DNA of 64,000 nucleotides from an uncultured Actinomycetes bacterium (GCA_963809795.1 CAWELN010000009.1:322994-386993), one strand, 5' to 3'. Shown: positions 28,784 through 40,171, counted from the first letter of the stretch. Translations and numbers: made by a program. Notes: generated by a model from the letters alone, not told the origin.

Positions 28784-29623
28784 TCAAGCGGATGGCGTCG
28801 ACGCCAGGTGGTCCAGGAGCAGGGCGTCGAGGGTGTCCGCCGCCTCCTCCGGGATCCAGTGGCTCACGTCCTCGAGCACCTCGAACCGGTACGGGCCCGA
28901 CACCTCCGCCGCGGTGCCCTCGGCCGCCTCGCGTCCGAGCGCGACGTCACCGGTCGACCAGACGTAGAGCGTCGGTGTGGTGATGGGACCGTCCGGGGCC
29001 CGGAAGTCGTTGGCGCGGTACCACGCCAACCCGCCGGTGAGCGCGGCGCCGCCGTCGGCGGTGAACACCCGCAGGTACTCGGTGGCGGCGTCCGGCGGGT
29101 GGTCCGCGTATGCGGCGCGCAGGAGCGCGGCGTCGTCGGCGAGGAACGTCGCTTCCGCGTCGGGCGTCCGGAACCACTGCATGTAGCTCGAACGCTCGCG
29201 CTGGTCGGTGCCGTGGCGCATCGCGCCCCGGAACGGCACCGGGTGCGGCGTGGACACGACGGTCAGCGTGAGGAGCCGCTCCGGATGCGTCGCCGCGGTG
29301 TACCAGGCCACGAAGCCGCCCCAGTCGTGGCCGACGAGGTGGAACCGGTCGGCGCCGAGCGCGTCGGCGAAGCCCACGACGTCGGCGACGAGGTGCTCGA
29401 TGCGGTACTGGTCGAGATCGCCCGGCCACGCGTCGCGTGCGTACCCGCGCTGATCGGGGGCCACGGCGCGGTATCCGGCCGCGCCGAGCGTCGCGACCTG
29501 GTGGCGCCACTCGAACGACGTCTCCGGGAAGCCGTGCACGAGGAGCACCAGCTCGCCGTCGCGTGGGCCGTCGGCGATCGCGCTGTACCGGTACGGACCG
29601 ACGGAGAGCTCGAGCGCCTCCAT
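28784..29623 (-). CDS. alpha/beta hydrolase (epoxide-hydrolase-like)
   Basis: LLVHGFPETSFEWRHQ and the nucleophile elbow VGHDWGG. 279 aa. Confidence 0.85.
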   Translation of the reverse strand: MEALELSVGPYRYSAIADGPRDGELVLLVHGFPETSFEWRHQVATLGAAGYRAVAPDQRGYARDAWPGDLDQYRIEHLVADVVGFADALGADRFHLVGHDWGGFVAWYTAATHPERLLTLTVVSTPHPVPFRGAMRHGTDQRERSSYMQWFRTPDAEATFLADDAALLRAAYADHPPDAATEYLRVFTADGGAALTGGLAWYRANDFRAPDGPITTPTLYVWSTGDVALGREAAEGTAAEVSGPYRFEVLEDVSHWIPEEAADTLDALLLDHLASTPSA

Positions 29624-30537
29624 CAGCCGAACCGCTTCCTCGCCAGCCGCTCGGCGCGGACCACGAGGTTCTCGGCGCCGAGCCGCTTCGCCCACGCATC
29701 GAGCTCCGGCGTCGCGCCGCGCCATTCCCAGTCGTCGACCGCGCCCACGTCGGCGTTGGTGCGGAGGGTGGCGAGATCGAGGAAGAGCTCGGCCGCTTCA
29801 CGCGCTTCGGCCAGCGTCGCCGCCAGCTTCGCCGCGCCGCGCACGTCGACCTCCCACGCCGTCACGTCGTCGGGGATGGCCGCGAGGTGCTCGTAGCGGG
29901 CGAGGACGGTCGCGGTCGACTTCGCACCCCAGCCCGGGAGGCCCGGGAAGCCGTCGGCGCTGTCGCCCACGAGCGCCAGGTAGTCGGGGATCGAGCGTGG
30001 CCCCACACCGAAGCGCTCCCGCACCGCGGCCTCGTCGAGCAGCTTCCCACCCTGACGGCGGTCGAGCTGCACGACGCGGGGGTCCTCCACGCACTGCCCG
30101 AGGTCCTTGTCGGGGGTGCAGATCAGCGCCCGCTTCACGCGGTCGTCGTCGCGGGCCAGCCGCGCGGCCGACGCCAGCGCGTCGTCGGCCTCGAGGTCGA
30201 CCATGGCCCAGACCGTGACACCGAGCGCCCGGAGCCCGTCTTCCAGCAGCGGGAACTGGGCCAGCAGCTCGGGGTCCATGCCCGCGCTCGTCTTGTACCC
30301 GATCCAGAGGTCGTTGCGGAACGACTCGACGACGTGATCGGTGGCCACGCCCAGGTGCGTGGCCCCCTGCTCCAGCATCCCCATCACCGTCCCGAGGACA
30401 CCGCGCACCGCGGCGACCTCCATGCCGTCGGGATCGAGGTGTGAAGGGACCGCGAAGTGGTGCCGAAACAGCTCATATGTCCCGTCCACCAAGTGGACCT
30501 CGAACGGTGCGTCGGCCATCACCGGAGCCTCGCACAC
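29623..30537 (-). CDS. 5'-3' exonuclease (FEN / Pol I N-terminal domain family)
   Basis: VHLVDGTYELFR...EADDALAS...IPDYLALVGDSADGFPGLPGWGAKSTA. An alternative start lies at 30519. Confidence 0.8.
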   Translation of the reverse strand: MCEAPVMADAPFEVHLVDGTYELFRHHFAVPSHLDPDGMEVAAVRGVLGTVMGMLEQGATHLGVATDHVVESFRNDLWIGYKTSAGMDPELLAQFPLLEDGLRALGVTVWAMVDLEADDALASAARLARDDDRVKRALICTPDKDLGQCVEDPRVVQLDRRQGGKLLDEAAVRERFGVGPRSIPDYLALVGDSADGFPGLPGWGAKSTATVLARYEHLAAIPDDVTAWEVDVRGAAKLAATLAEAREAAELFLDLATLRTNADVGAVDDWEWRGATPELDAWAKRLGAENLVVRAERLARKRFG

Positions 30538-30555
30538 CTGAGAACGCGATGAGGC

Positions 30556-31506
30556 ATGATGTCCCTACCGGCCAGTAGGCGGACTACCCTCACAGCCGTG
30601 GACGACGCCCCATTGCTCGCCGAGCTCGAGCCCACCGCGGTCAAGCTGCTCGAGCGCCATCTGAGCACGGCGAAGGAGTGGTTCCCACACGAGCTGGTGC
30701 CGTGGAGCCGCGGGCGCGACTTCGACGAGGGCGAACGTTGGGATCCTGCAGCTTCAAAATTGTGTGAGGGCGCGCGCAGCGCGTTGTTCCTGAACATCCT
30801 CACCGAGGACAACCTCCCGCACTACTACCGCGCCATCAACGAACACTTCGGCAACGACGGCGTCTGGGGCGAGTGGAACCGTCGCTGGACGGCGGAAGAG
30901 GGCCGGCACGCGATCGTCATCCGTGACTACCTCGCGGTGACCCGCTCGATCGACATGCGCGAGCTCGAGCGGGCCCGCATGCGCCAGGTGTCGATGGGCA
31001 TCGTGCCCAATCCCGACACCATCGCCGACGGCATCGTCTACGTCGCGCTGCAGGAGCTCGCCACGCGCATCTCGCACCGCAACACCGGCAAGCTGCTCAA
31101 CGATCCCGAGGGCTTCGCGATCATGAGCCGCGTCGCGGCCGACGAGAACCTGCACCACCTCTTCTACCGCGACCTCGTCTCCGCCGCGCTCGAGATCGAT
31201 CCGTCGGGCATGGTCGCGGCCATCGAGCGCCAGGTGCGGTCGTTCGAGATGCCCGGCGCGGGCATCGAAGACTTCAAGACGCACGCACGCGTCATCGCCG
31301 ACGCCGGCGTCTACGACTTCGCCTCGCACCACGACCAGATCCTCATTCCGGTCGTGTTCAAGCACTGGCGCATCGAGCAGCTGCAGAACCTCAAGGCGGC
31401 GGCCGAGCTGGCACGTGAGCGCCTCGTGAAGCACGTCGAGAAGGTCGGCAACGTCGCCAAGCGCATGAAGTCGCGGCTGGCGCCGCGTCCCGCCGCCATC
31501 GTCTGA
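30556..31506 (+). CDS. acyl-ACP desaturase (DesA-like di-iron)
   Basis: EDNLPHYY...WTAEEGRHA...ADENLHHLFY di-iron motifs. 316 aa. Confidence 0.9.
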   Translation: MMSLPASRRTTLTAVDDAPLLAELEPTAVKLLERHLSTAKEWFPHELVPWSRGRDFDEGERWDPAASKLCEGARSALFLNILTEDNLPHYYRAINEHFGNDGVWGEWNRRWTAEEGRHAIVIRDYLAVTRSIDMRELERARMRQVSMGIVPNPDTIADGIVYVALQELATRISHRNTGKLLNDPEGFAIMSRVAADENLHHLFYRDLVSAALEIDPSGMVAAIERQVRSFEMPGAGIEDFKTHARVIADAGVYDFASHHDQILIPVVFKHWRIEQLQNLKAAAELARERLVKHVEKVGNVAKRMKSRLAPRPAAIV

Positions 31507-31509
31507 CGC

Positions 31510-31741
31510 TCAAGCGAGACGATCGCGCTCGCGGAGCGCGTGGCCCTCGAACTGCACGAGCCCGCGCTCGACGATCCGGTCGTGTGCCCACGCCATCGCC
31601 GGCCGCGACGCCCTCCAGGTCGAACTCGCGCAACCAGGGCCACCACGAGCAGTACTGCTCGGTGCGGGAGAGCGTCGCCCACAGCTCCTGCGGGCTCACG
31701 CCGAAGTGCCACGACCGGTCGAAGCGGAACGGCGACGGCAC
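31510..31741 (-). pseudogene. SRPBCC/START-like gene fragment, short and frameshifted near 31587-31589
   Basis: The N-terminus MPSPFRFDRSWHFGVSPQELWATLSRTEQYCSWWPWL is SRPBCC-like. Even after frame correction only about 76 codons remain before a stop, whereas the family is usually about 140 aa or longer. Confidence 0.35.
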
Positions 31742-31762
31742 CGGACCAGCTTCCCCGGCGAC

Positions 31763-32704
31763 TCAGGCGGGTGCGAGCAGGGCGTCGGCCGCGCCCTCGT
31801 CGGGCATGGACGCGGGCGTGTGTTCGTACATCCCCAGGAAGAGCATCAGCGTCGCGCTCCACACCGCGGTCGCGCCGGCCACGTGCACGCCGACGAGGAA
31901 CGCGGGGATGTCGTTGAAGTACTGGATGTAGCCGATCGCGCCCTGCACGACGAGGAGCACGAGCAGCAGCGTCACCCGTTGGTGGATCCCGCGTGGTGCG
32001 CGATCGCGGCGTAGCAACCACAGCATCGTGAGCACCGCGGCGAGGAAGATCCAGACCATCCCGCTGTGCACGCGCGCCGCGGTCTCGAGCTTCAGGTCGA
32101 GACGGGCGACGTCCTGGTGCTTGCCGCCTCCGCTGTGCGGACCGGCTCCGGTCACGATCGTGCCGGTGAAGAGCACCAACGTGGCCAGACCGACGAGCAC
32201 GCGACCCAGGACCACCGTGCGATGGCTCACCACGGTGTGGGCGGGCCCGTCGGGTTGGCCGGATCGTCGTACGAGGACGAGCGCGTCGCTGAGCAGGAGG
32301 ATCGACACCAGGAAGTGCGCCATCACGAACTGCGGCTTGAGGTCGAACGCGACCGTGAGCTGGCCCAGGATCGCCTGCACGAAGACGCCGGCCACCAGGC
32401 CCCAGGACAGCCAGAGCAGGTCCCGCCGCTTCGGGACCCGGAGCAGGCTGCCGAGCACCGCGAGGATGACGGCGACCGACACGAGGCCGGTGAAGAGCCG
32501 GTTGAGGTGCTCGATGGTGGCGTGCCCGTTCGACGGGCCGTGCGCCTGGAGCTGGCTCTTCGGGCAGCTCACGCCCACCGGACACGCGAGACCCGAGTTG
32601 CTCAGACGCACGGCGGCGCCGGTGACGATGATGATCGCCAGCAGCACCGCGGCCACGATCGTGACCCGCCGGTACGCGATCGGGCTCAGGTGCGGCACCC
32701 GCAT
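31763..32704 (-). CDS. ctaA: heme A synthase (COX15/CtaA)
   Basis: 313 aa, polytopic, with Cys pair CPVGVSCP and conserved His residues. TACGAT lies 9 nt upstream of the ATG. Confidence 0.85.
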   Translation of the reverse strand: MRVPHLSPIAYRRVTIVAAVLLAIIIVTGAAVRLSNSGLACPVGVSCPKSQLQAHGPSNGHATIEHLNRLFTGLVSVAVILAVLGSLLRVPKRRDLLWLSWGLVAGVFVQAILGQLTVAFDLKPQFVMAHFLVSILLLSDALVLVRRSGQPDGPAHTVVSHRTVVLGRVLVGLATLVLFTGTIVTGAGPHSGGGKHQDVARLDLKLETAARVHSGMVWIFLAAVLTMLWLLRRDRAPRGIHQRVTLLLVLLVVQGAIGYIQYFNDIPAFLVGVHVAGATAVWSATLMLFLGMYEHTPASMPDEGAADALLAPA

Positions 32705-32738
32705 ACCGCGCCGATCGTAGGTGGTCGCCCTCCCCGTC

Positions 32739-32788
32739 GAGCATCCGGCAGTTGACCCCCGTCTACGACGGACTTCTGACGGATGTTC
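32739..32788. repeat. conserved inverted-repeat element, copy A (13-nt arms, 24-nt spacer)
   Basis: gagCATCCGgCAG-ttgacccccgtctacgacggactt-CTGaCGGATGttc. It lies 15 nt 3' of the typA stop and is near-identical in layout to the element at 60620..60669. Confidence 0.75.
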
Positions 32789-32803
32789 GCCAGGGAGCGG
32801 GCG

Positions 32804-34669
<1,866 letters not shown>

Positions 34670-34736
34670 GAGGGCCTTTCGGAGCGGACCGCCGCGGGGG
34701 GAACCGGGCCGGCGAACCTTGCAGTCTACCCGTCGG

Positions 34737-35144
34737 TCAGCCGGGTGTGGGGTCCGCCCGGCGGATGCCACCCACGAAGCGCGCCACGATCGCGGTGACG
34801 CACGCCAGCAGGATCGCCGCCACCACACCGGGCAGCACCACGACGATCAGCGAGCCGACGACCTGGTCCTCGGTCCGCAGGTCGCTGCTGTTGTACCCGA
34901 AGATCACCAGCACGAGGAACGGCACCGCGCCGACGACGGCGGCGAGGACGCCGGGCCAGGCCCGACGGGTGAGCCACGCCGCCACCACCGCCCCCAGCAC
35001 CAGGCCGGCACCGCCACCGACCGCCCACAGCACCGGCGGGGCCACCGTCTGGCTCCCGGGACCGTTGATGCTCGAGTCCAGCGCGGCCGCGAGGGTCGTG
35101 AGGAGGAGGCTGGCCACCACGGCGATCGCCGTCCCCAGCCACAT
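34737..35144 (-). CDS. hypothetical integral membrane protein
   Basis: 135 aa with four hydrophobic segments and high GC3. Confidence 0.5.
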   Translation of the reverse strand: MWLGTAIAVVASLLLTTLAAALDSSINGPGSQTVAPPVLWAVGGGAGLVLGAVVAAWLTRRAWPGVLAAVVGAVPFLVLVIFGYNSSDLRTEDQVVGSLIVVVLPGVVAAILLACVTAIVARFVGGIRRADPTPG

Positions 35145-35180
35145 CGCACGCTCGTCGCTCACGTGGGGAAGAATAGGGGC

Positions 35181-35738
35181 ATGACCCAGACAACCGGGAC
35201 CTTCACCCGCATGGACGAGTCCACCGACGAACAATGGGGCGTGATCCTCCAGGAGACGTTCGCGCACCAGGACCGCGTGGCCGAATCGGTGCTGGGCATG
35301 CTGCGCAGCCTGGCCGGCATCACCGACGGGTTCGCGGTCGACCAGCTCACCCACTCGTTGCAGACCGCCACCCTGGCCGAGCGGGCCGGCGCCGACGACG
35401 AGCTGGTGGTCGCCGCGCTCTGCCACGACATCGGCAAGGCGGTGAGCGTGCTCAACCACCCGCGGATCTCGGCCGAGATCCTGCGGCCGTACGTGAGCGA
35501 CGACGTCCATTGGACGATCCAGGTCCACCAGGACTTCCAGGGCCGTCACTACTACGCGCACCTCGGCGCCGACCCCAACGCGCGTGATCAGCATCGCGGG
35601 CACGCGGCGTACGCGCTCGCCGAGCGCTTCGCCGACGAGTGGGACCAGCGCGCCTTCGATCCCGCCTACGACACGCTCCCGCTCGAGCACTTCGAGCCCC
35701 GCGTGCGCGCGGTCTTCGGGTCGCCCAAGTCGTTCTGA
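35181..35738 (+). CDS. HD-domain phosphohydrolase-family protein
   Basis: Motifs LTHSLQTA and AALCHDIGK (the HD pair). 185 aa. Confidence 0.8.
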   Translation: MTQTTGTFTRMDESTDEQWGVILQETFAHQDRVAESVLGMLRSLAGITDGFAVDQLTHSLQTATLAERAGADDELVVAALCHDIGKAVSVLNHPRISAEILRPYVSDDVHWTIQVHQDFQGRHYYAHLGADPNARDQHRGHAAYALAERFADEWDQRAFDPAYDTLPLEHFEPRVRAVFGSPKSF

Positions 35739-35746
35739 GCACGCCG

Positions 35747-36448
35747 TTGGAGCCCTTCCCGGACGACTGGTCGCGCGCGCTCTGCATCGTCGCCCACCCC
35801 GACGACCTCGAGTACGGCGCGGCCGGTGCCATCGCCCGCTGGACCGCGGCGGGCAAGCAGGTCGTGTACCTGTTGGTCACGCGCGGTGAAGCCGGCATCG
35901 ACGGCATGACGCCGGCCGAGGCCGGACCGCTGCGGGAGGCCGAGGAGCGCGCCAGCGCGGCCGTGGTCGGCGTCGAGACGGTGGAGTTCCTCCACGGTCA
36001 CGTCGACGGCGTGGTGGAGTACGGGTTGCCGCTCCGGCGCGATCTCGCGGCCGCGATCCGGCGGCACCAGCCCGACCTCGTCGTGTCGACGAACTACCGG
36101 GAGACGTGGGGTGGCCGGAGCTTCAACATGGCCGACCACCGGCACGTCGGCCTGGCCGCGCTCGACGCGTCGCGTGACGCCGGCAACCGCTGGATCTTCT
36201 CCGACGCCGGTGACCCGTGGGGAGCGGCGCGCCGGGTCGCGCTGGGTGGGTCCCCGCAACCCACGCACTTCGTCGACCTCGGCGATGCGATCGAGCTCGG
36301 CATCGCCAGCCTGCGGGAGCACGCGGCGTACATCGCCGGCCTCGGCTACGACTTCGACCCCGATGCGTTCCTGCGGGGCGCGGCGCGCGACGCGGGCGCG
36401 CAGTGCGGCTGCGAGTACGCGGCGACGTTCGAGCTCTACGAGCTCTGA
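35747..36448 (+). CDS. PIG-L/LmbE-family deacetylase
   Basis: LCIVAHPDDLEYGAAG motif. The start is uncertain: TTG 35747 was chosen, while the ATG at 35639 would overlap the HD gene by 100 nt. Confidence 0.75.
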   Translation: MEPFPDDWSRALCIVAHPDDLEYGAAGAIARWTAAGKQVVYLLVTRGEAGIDGMTPAEAGPLREAEERASAAVVGVETVEFLHGHVDGVVEYGLPLRRDLAAAIRRHQPDLVVSTNYRETWGGRSFNMADHRHVGLAALDASRDAGNRWIFSDAGDPWGAARRVALGGSPQPTHFVDLGDAIELGIASLREHAAYIAGLGYDFDPDAFLRGAARDAGAQCGCEYAATFELYEL

Positions 36449-37153
36449 GCCGCCAGCGACGGCACGATCGCGTCGAGCACCTTCGCCAGGTCGCCCTGCG
36501 TGAGCGTCGCGGCCGGCCGCGAGCTCACGCCCGGTCAGCGGCCCGCTGCGCAAGCCGCTGGCGAGGTTGTCGACCACGCACACCGACGCGTAGGCGAGCC
36601 CGAGCTCCCCCGCCACCACGCACTCCGACGCCATGGTCATCCCGACCACGTCGGCATGGTGGGCGAACACGCGGATCTCGGCCGCGGTCTCGAGCCGGGG
36701 CCCGGTCGCCTGCCAGTACACGCCGCCGTCGTGCAGCGGGACCTCGGTGCCGGAGCGCCAGGCGTCGAGGATGCGGGCGCGCCACGCGGCGTCGAACCCG
36801 GGCACGCGGTGGCCGCGCTCGTCGGTGAAGGTGCTCGGTGTCGGGCCCAACGCGACGAAGTCGTCGGCCAGGACGAACGTGCCGATGCCGAACGACGTGC
36901 GCAGCGAGCCGCTCGAGTTGATGGCGAGGATGCGGTCGCAGCCGAGGGCGACGAGCGCCCGGAGATTGGCGACGTGGTCGACGAGGTGCGGCGCGGTGTA
37001 CCCGCCCCAGCCGTGGCGCTGCAGCAGGTACGCGTCGCCGAGGTCGCGCACGACGACGGCGCGCGTGCCGTCGTCGACGGTCAGCTCCGGCGCGTCGGCG
37101 CCGATGTCGCTCCCGATCAGGCTGGTGCCGCCGACGACGGCGAGACCGCTCAC
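36436..37153 (-). pseudogene. MTA/purine nucleoside phosphorylase family protein with a +1 indel near 36494-36496
   Basis: GTG start in a GTGA overlap with the upstream gene. ...GPRLETAAEIR...VVGMTMASE... Removing one C/G restores the tail AHAGDLAKVLDAIVPSLAAQSS-stop. Length is 3n+1. Confidence 0.75.
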
Positions 37154-37743
37154 GTCAGATCGGCCGCGAAGTCGGCCAGCGCCGCGACCAGCGCCTCGGT
37201 GTGCGCGCGGTGCAGGTCACCGCGCTCGCCCCGGCCGTAGGGGCCGATCGCCCGCACCGGGTGGGGCAACTCGACCTGCACCCCGCGCGCGGCGCGGTTC
37301 ACGGGATTGCGGGGGTCGAGCCCGCGCAGCCGGCGCGGGATGTGGTCGAGCTCGTCGATCACGACGTAGTCGGGCAGTGCGACGCGCAGGCGCGTCGCCA
37401 GCTCGGCGGCCAGGACCCGGTCGCCGCCCCCGACGAGCAGTGCGCTGTGGAGCTCGTCGTGACCCCAGTAGCCGTGCACCGACACCACCACCTCCACGTG
37501 CTCGAGGAACCCGGCGAGCAACGGCGCGTGTGCGGGATCGTTCTCGTGCGACGGCACGTGGTGCTTGAGGTCGTCGGGCTGCACGATCGCGTAGCACGAC
37601 GCTCCCGAGCGCCGGGCCGCCTCCCGCGCGATCTCGGCGGTGCCGGGCTCGAGCCCCCCGTGCAGAGCCAGGAACCCCACCGGCGAGGCGAGCACCTGCT
37701 CCTCGACCACGTCCGGATGGGCGAGGAGGTCGACGAAAGCCAC
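37150..37743 (-). CDS. poly-gamma-glutamate hydrolase family protein (YjqB/UPF0714-like)
   Basis: FLALHGGLEPGTAEIA...VSVHGY pattern. GTG start. 197 aa. Confidence 0.65.
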   Translation of the reverse strand: MAFVDLLAHPDVVEEQVLASPVGFLALHGGLEPGTAEIAREAARRSGASCYAIVQPDDLKHHVPSHENDPAHAPLLAGFLEHVEVVVSVHGYWGHDELHSALLVGGGDRVLAAELATRLRVALPDYVVIDELDHIPRRLRGLDPRNPVNRAARGVQVELPHPVRAIGPYGRGERGDLHRAHTEALVAALADFAADLT

Positions 37744-37769
37744 CCGACGACGGTACCCCTGAGCCTGCT

Positions 37770-37813
37770 CGCCGGGAGTCCCGGACCCTGTCCGCCGGGA
37801 GTCCCGGACCCTG
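37770..37813. promoter_or_regulatory. two direct 21-nt repeats (23-bp period), each containing the 13-bp palindrome CCGGGAGTCCCGG; candidate operator pair
   Basis: cgccgggagtcccggaccctg occurs at 37770 and 37793, in the divergent spacer between the starts at 37743 (-) and 37847 (+). Confidence 0.5.
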
Positions 37814-37832
37814 CACGAGAGGGCGGTCTGTG

Positions 37833-37838
37833 TAGCAT
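37833..37838 (+). promoter_or_regulatory. -10-like TAGCAT, 8 nt upstream of ATG 37847 (leaderless-type)
   Basis: TANNNT followed by ccgcgccc and then ATG. Confidence 0.4.
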
Positions 37839-37846
37839 CCGCGCCC

Positions 37847-38806
37847 ATGCTCTGGCGACGCGCCGACGGCGACCTGGTGCGGGACCTCCCGCCGACCAAG
37901 GGGATCGTGCCGTACCTCATGCGGGGGCGGAACGAGTCGGCCGTCTACTTCGAGCAGCAGATCGCGATGCGCCACGCCGACGCCTACGTCCGCGAGTTCA
38001 ACGTGGCGCACCCCGACACGCCGATCACGGTCCAGCACCTCCTCATGTGGGCGATCGTGCAGGTGCTCGACGCGTACCCCACGATGAACCGCTTCGTCGT
38101 CGGCGGTCGGCTCTATCAGCGCCGCGGCATCTGGTTCACGTACTCGGCGAAGCAGAGCCTGAAGGGCAAGTCGCCGCTGATCGTGCTGAAGCGCCGCTTC
38201 GACCCGAACGAGCCGTTCGGGGACATGGTCCGCTCCATGCAGGACCAGCTCCGGGAGGACCGGTACGGCGACAGCATCAGCCCGTCCGATGCCGAGGCCG
38301 CGCTCATCCTCAAGTTCCCCGGTGTCGTCCGGCGGCTCATCCTCGCCGTCGGGCGCGTCGGCGACGCCTTCGGGCTGCTCCCCGCGTCGATGATCGAGCA
38401 CGACCCGATGTACGCCAGCGTCTTCTTCGCCAACCTGGCCAGCATCGGGATGGACGCCTGCTACCACCACCTGTACGAGTACGGCAGCATCGGCATCTTC
38501 GGCGTGATCGGCCGGCCGGTCACCGATCCCGGCTCCCCCACCAGTGGCCCCGATCGCCGGCGGACCATGACCCTCCGGTGGACGTTCGACGAGCGCTGCG
38601 AGGACGGCCTGGTGGCGGGCTACGCCCTCAAGCGGGCCAAGCAGATCCTCGAGGACCCCCTCGGCTCGGGGCTGCCCCGCCCGGGGTCCGGGAGCCTGCC
38701 CGGCCCGGGGTCCGGGAGCCTGCCCGGCCCGGGGTCCGGGAGCCTGCCCCCAGCGCCGACACCGGAACCGGCTGCATTCCCCACGGAGAGCGCGGGTTCC
38801 TCGTAG
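37847..38806 (+). CDS. 2-oxoacid dehydrogenase E2 / CAT-fold acyltransferase-domain protein lacking the catalytic His
   Basis: 319 aa. The tail RWTFDERCEDGLVAGYALKRAKQILEDP aligns with the E2 motif DHRxxDG but reads DERCEDG. The C-terminus carries (PGSGSLPG)x3. Confidence 0.65.
   Translation: MLWRRADGDLVRDLPPTKGIVPYLMRGRNESAVYFEQQIAMRHADAYVREFNVAHPDTPITVQHLLMWAIVQVLDAYPTMNRFVVGGRLYQRRGIWFTYSAKQSLKGKSPLIVLKRRFDPNEPFGDMVRSMQDQLREDRYGDSISPSDAEAALILKFPGVVRRLILAVGRVGDAFGLLPASMIEHDPMYASVFFANLASIGMDACYHHLYEYGSIGIFGVIGRPVTDPGSPTSGPDRRRTMTLRWTFDERCEDGLVAGYALKRAKQILEDPLGSGLPRPGSGSLPGPGSGSLPGPGSGSLPPAPTPEPAAFPTESAGSS
38681..38752 (+). repeat. in-frame 24-bp tandem repeat x3 (ccggggtccgggagcctgcccggc)
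   Basis: Copies start at 38681, 38705 and 38729 and encode the PGSGSLPG repeats in the tail of the E2-like protein. Confidence 0.85.
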
Positions 38807-38872
38807 ACTCCCGACCCGACCGGTACGCTGGCCGGATGCCGGGGGCGAAGGGAAGGTTGGGGTGAGTCTCGG

Positions 38873-40087
38873 GTGAGCTTCTTTCGCGACCGCCTGGAGG
38901 CGTTCCCCCGACTCGCCGACTACCGGCTGGCGAAGGCCGCGGGCTACTGGCCGTACTACAAGACGGTGGAGAGCGCGTCCCGGCCGCGGTTCACCATCGA
39001 GGGCCAGGACTACATCAACTTCGGGTCGAACAATTACCTGAGCCTCAGCTACCACCCGAGGGTGATCGAGGCCGCCCAGGTGGCCACCCGGCGCTACGGC
39101 ACCGGCGTCACCGGCTCCCGCCTCCTGAACGGCACCCTCGACCTCCACCGCACCCTCGAAGCCGAGCTGGCCGAGTTCTACGAGCGTGAGGCGGCGCTGG
39201 TGTTCTCCACCGGGTACGTCGCCAACGTCAGCACCATCAGCGGACTCCTGAACCGTCACGACTACGTCGTGCTCGACAAGGACGCCCACAACTCGCTGCT
39301 CACCGGCGCCCAGCTCTCGGGTGCCACGATGAAGCGGTTCGGGCACAACGACATCGTCCGGCTCGGCAAGATCCTCGACGAGCTGCCGCCGGAGCCGGGC
39401 AAGGCGGTCATCGTCGACGGCGTCTACTCCATGGGCGGTGACACCGCCCCGCTCCCGGCCCTGGTGGAGCTGTGCCGGGCGCACCCGAACGCGTTCCTGC
39501 TCGACGACGAGGCCCACGGCCTCGGGGTCCTCGGCGCCCGCGGTCGCGGTGCGGCCGAGCACCTCGGCGTCCTCGCCGACGTCGACCTCACCACCATCAC
39601 CTTCTCGAAGACGCTCGGCTCGTGCGGTGGCGCGCTCATCGGCTCGGCCGACGCCATCGAGCTCCTCACCCTCGACGCCGACCCGCTCATCTTCACCGCC
39701 TCGAACACGCCCGGCTCGGTGGCGGCCGCGCTCGCCGCGCTCCGCATCCTGCGCGAGGCCCCCGAGATCACCGGTCAGCTGCGCGACAACGTCACCCGGT
39801 TCGTCGGCCTGCTCACCGAGCGCGGCGTCCCGGTGAACCCGGCCGAGAGCGCCATCATCACCATCCCGCTGCGCCAGCGCGACGAGGTGTCGGCGGTGGT
39901 GCTCGCCCGCGAGCTGCTCGAGGCGGGGGTGTTCGTGAACCCGGTGGTCGCGCCCGCGGTTCCCCGGGGCCTCGGCCTCATCCGCTTGAGCCTGATGCTC
40001 GACCACACGCCCGCCCTCCTGGAGGAGGCGGCGGAGTCGATCTTCAAGGTGCTCAACGACAACGACCAGCTGCCCGACGGCGTCTAG
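38873..40087 (+). CDS. alpha-oxoamine synthase family PLP enzyme (serine palmitoyltransferase / BioF / KBL-like)
   Basis: 404 aa with a GTG start. INFGSNNYLSLS, DEAHGLGVLG and the PLP lysine in TFSKTLGSCGG. Confidence 0.9.
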   Translation: MSFFRDRLEAFPRLADYRLAKAAGYWPYYKTVESASRPRFTIEGQDYINFGSNNYLSLSYHPRVIEAAQVATRRYGTGVTGSRLLNGTLDLHRTLEAELAEFYEREAALVFSTGYVANVSTISGLLNRHDYVVLDKDAHNSLLTGAQLSGATMKRFGHNDIVRLGKILDELPPEPGKAVIVDGVYSMGGDTAPLPALVELCRAHPNAFLLDDEAHGLGVLGARGRGAAEHLGVLADVDLTTITFSKTLGSCGGALIGSADAIELLTLDADPLIFTASNTPGSVAAALAALRILREAPEITGQLRDNVTRFVGLLTERGVPVNPAESAIITIPLRQRDEVSAVVLARELLEAGVFVNPVVAPAVPRGLGLIRLSLMLDHTPALLEEAAESIFKVLNDNDQLPDGV

Positions 40088-40171
40088 CGACGCCGCGGAA
40101 CCCGGCCCGGAGTGCGGGACGGCGGAGCGGCGGCGCGGCATCGACCTCGAAGTGGCCCGCCGGCGCGTGCC

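Noticed and set aside
37217-40141. Very long antisense or off-frame ORFs: 974 aa here, plus 7840..8829 (the N-terminal extension of fbiC), 23935..26178, 43123..45039, 57771..60950 and 60252..63680
   Set aside because: Their translations are dominated by R, P, G, A and H with no motifs. Each lies opposite, or out of frame with, a gene that has clear family signatures. This is the typical high-GC ORF-finder artefact.
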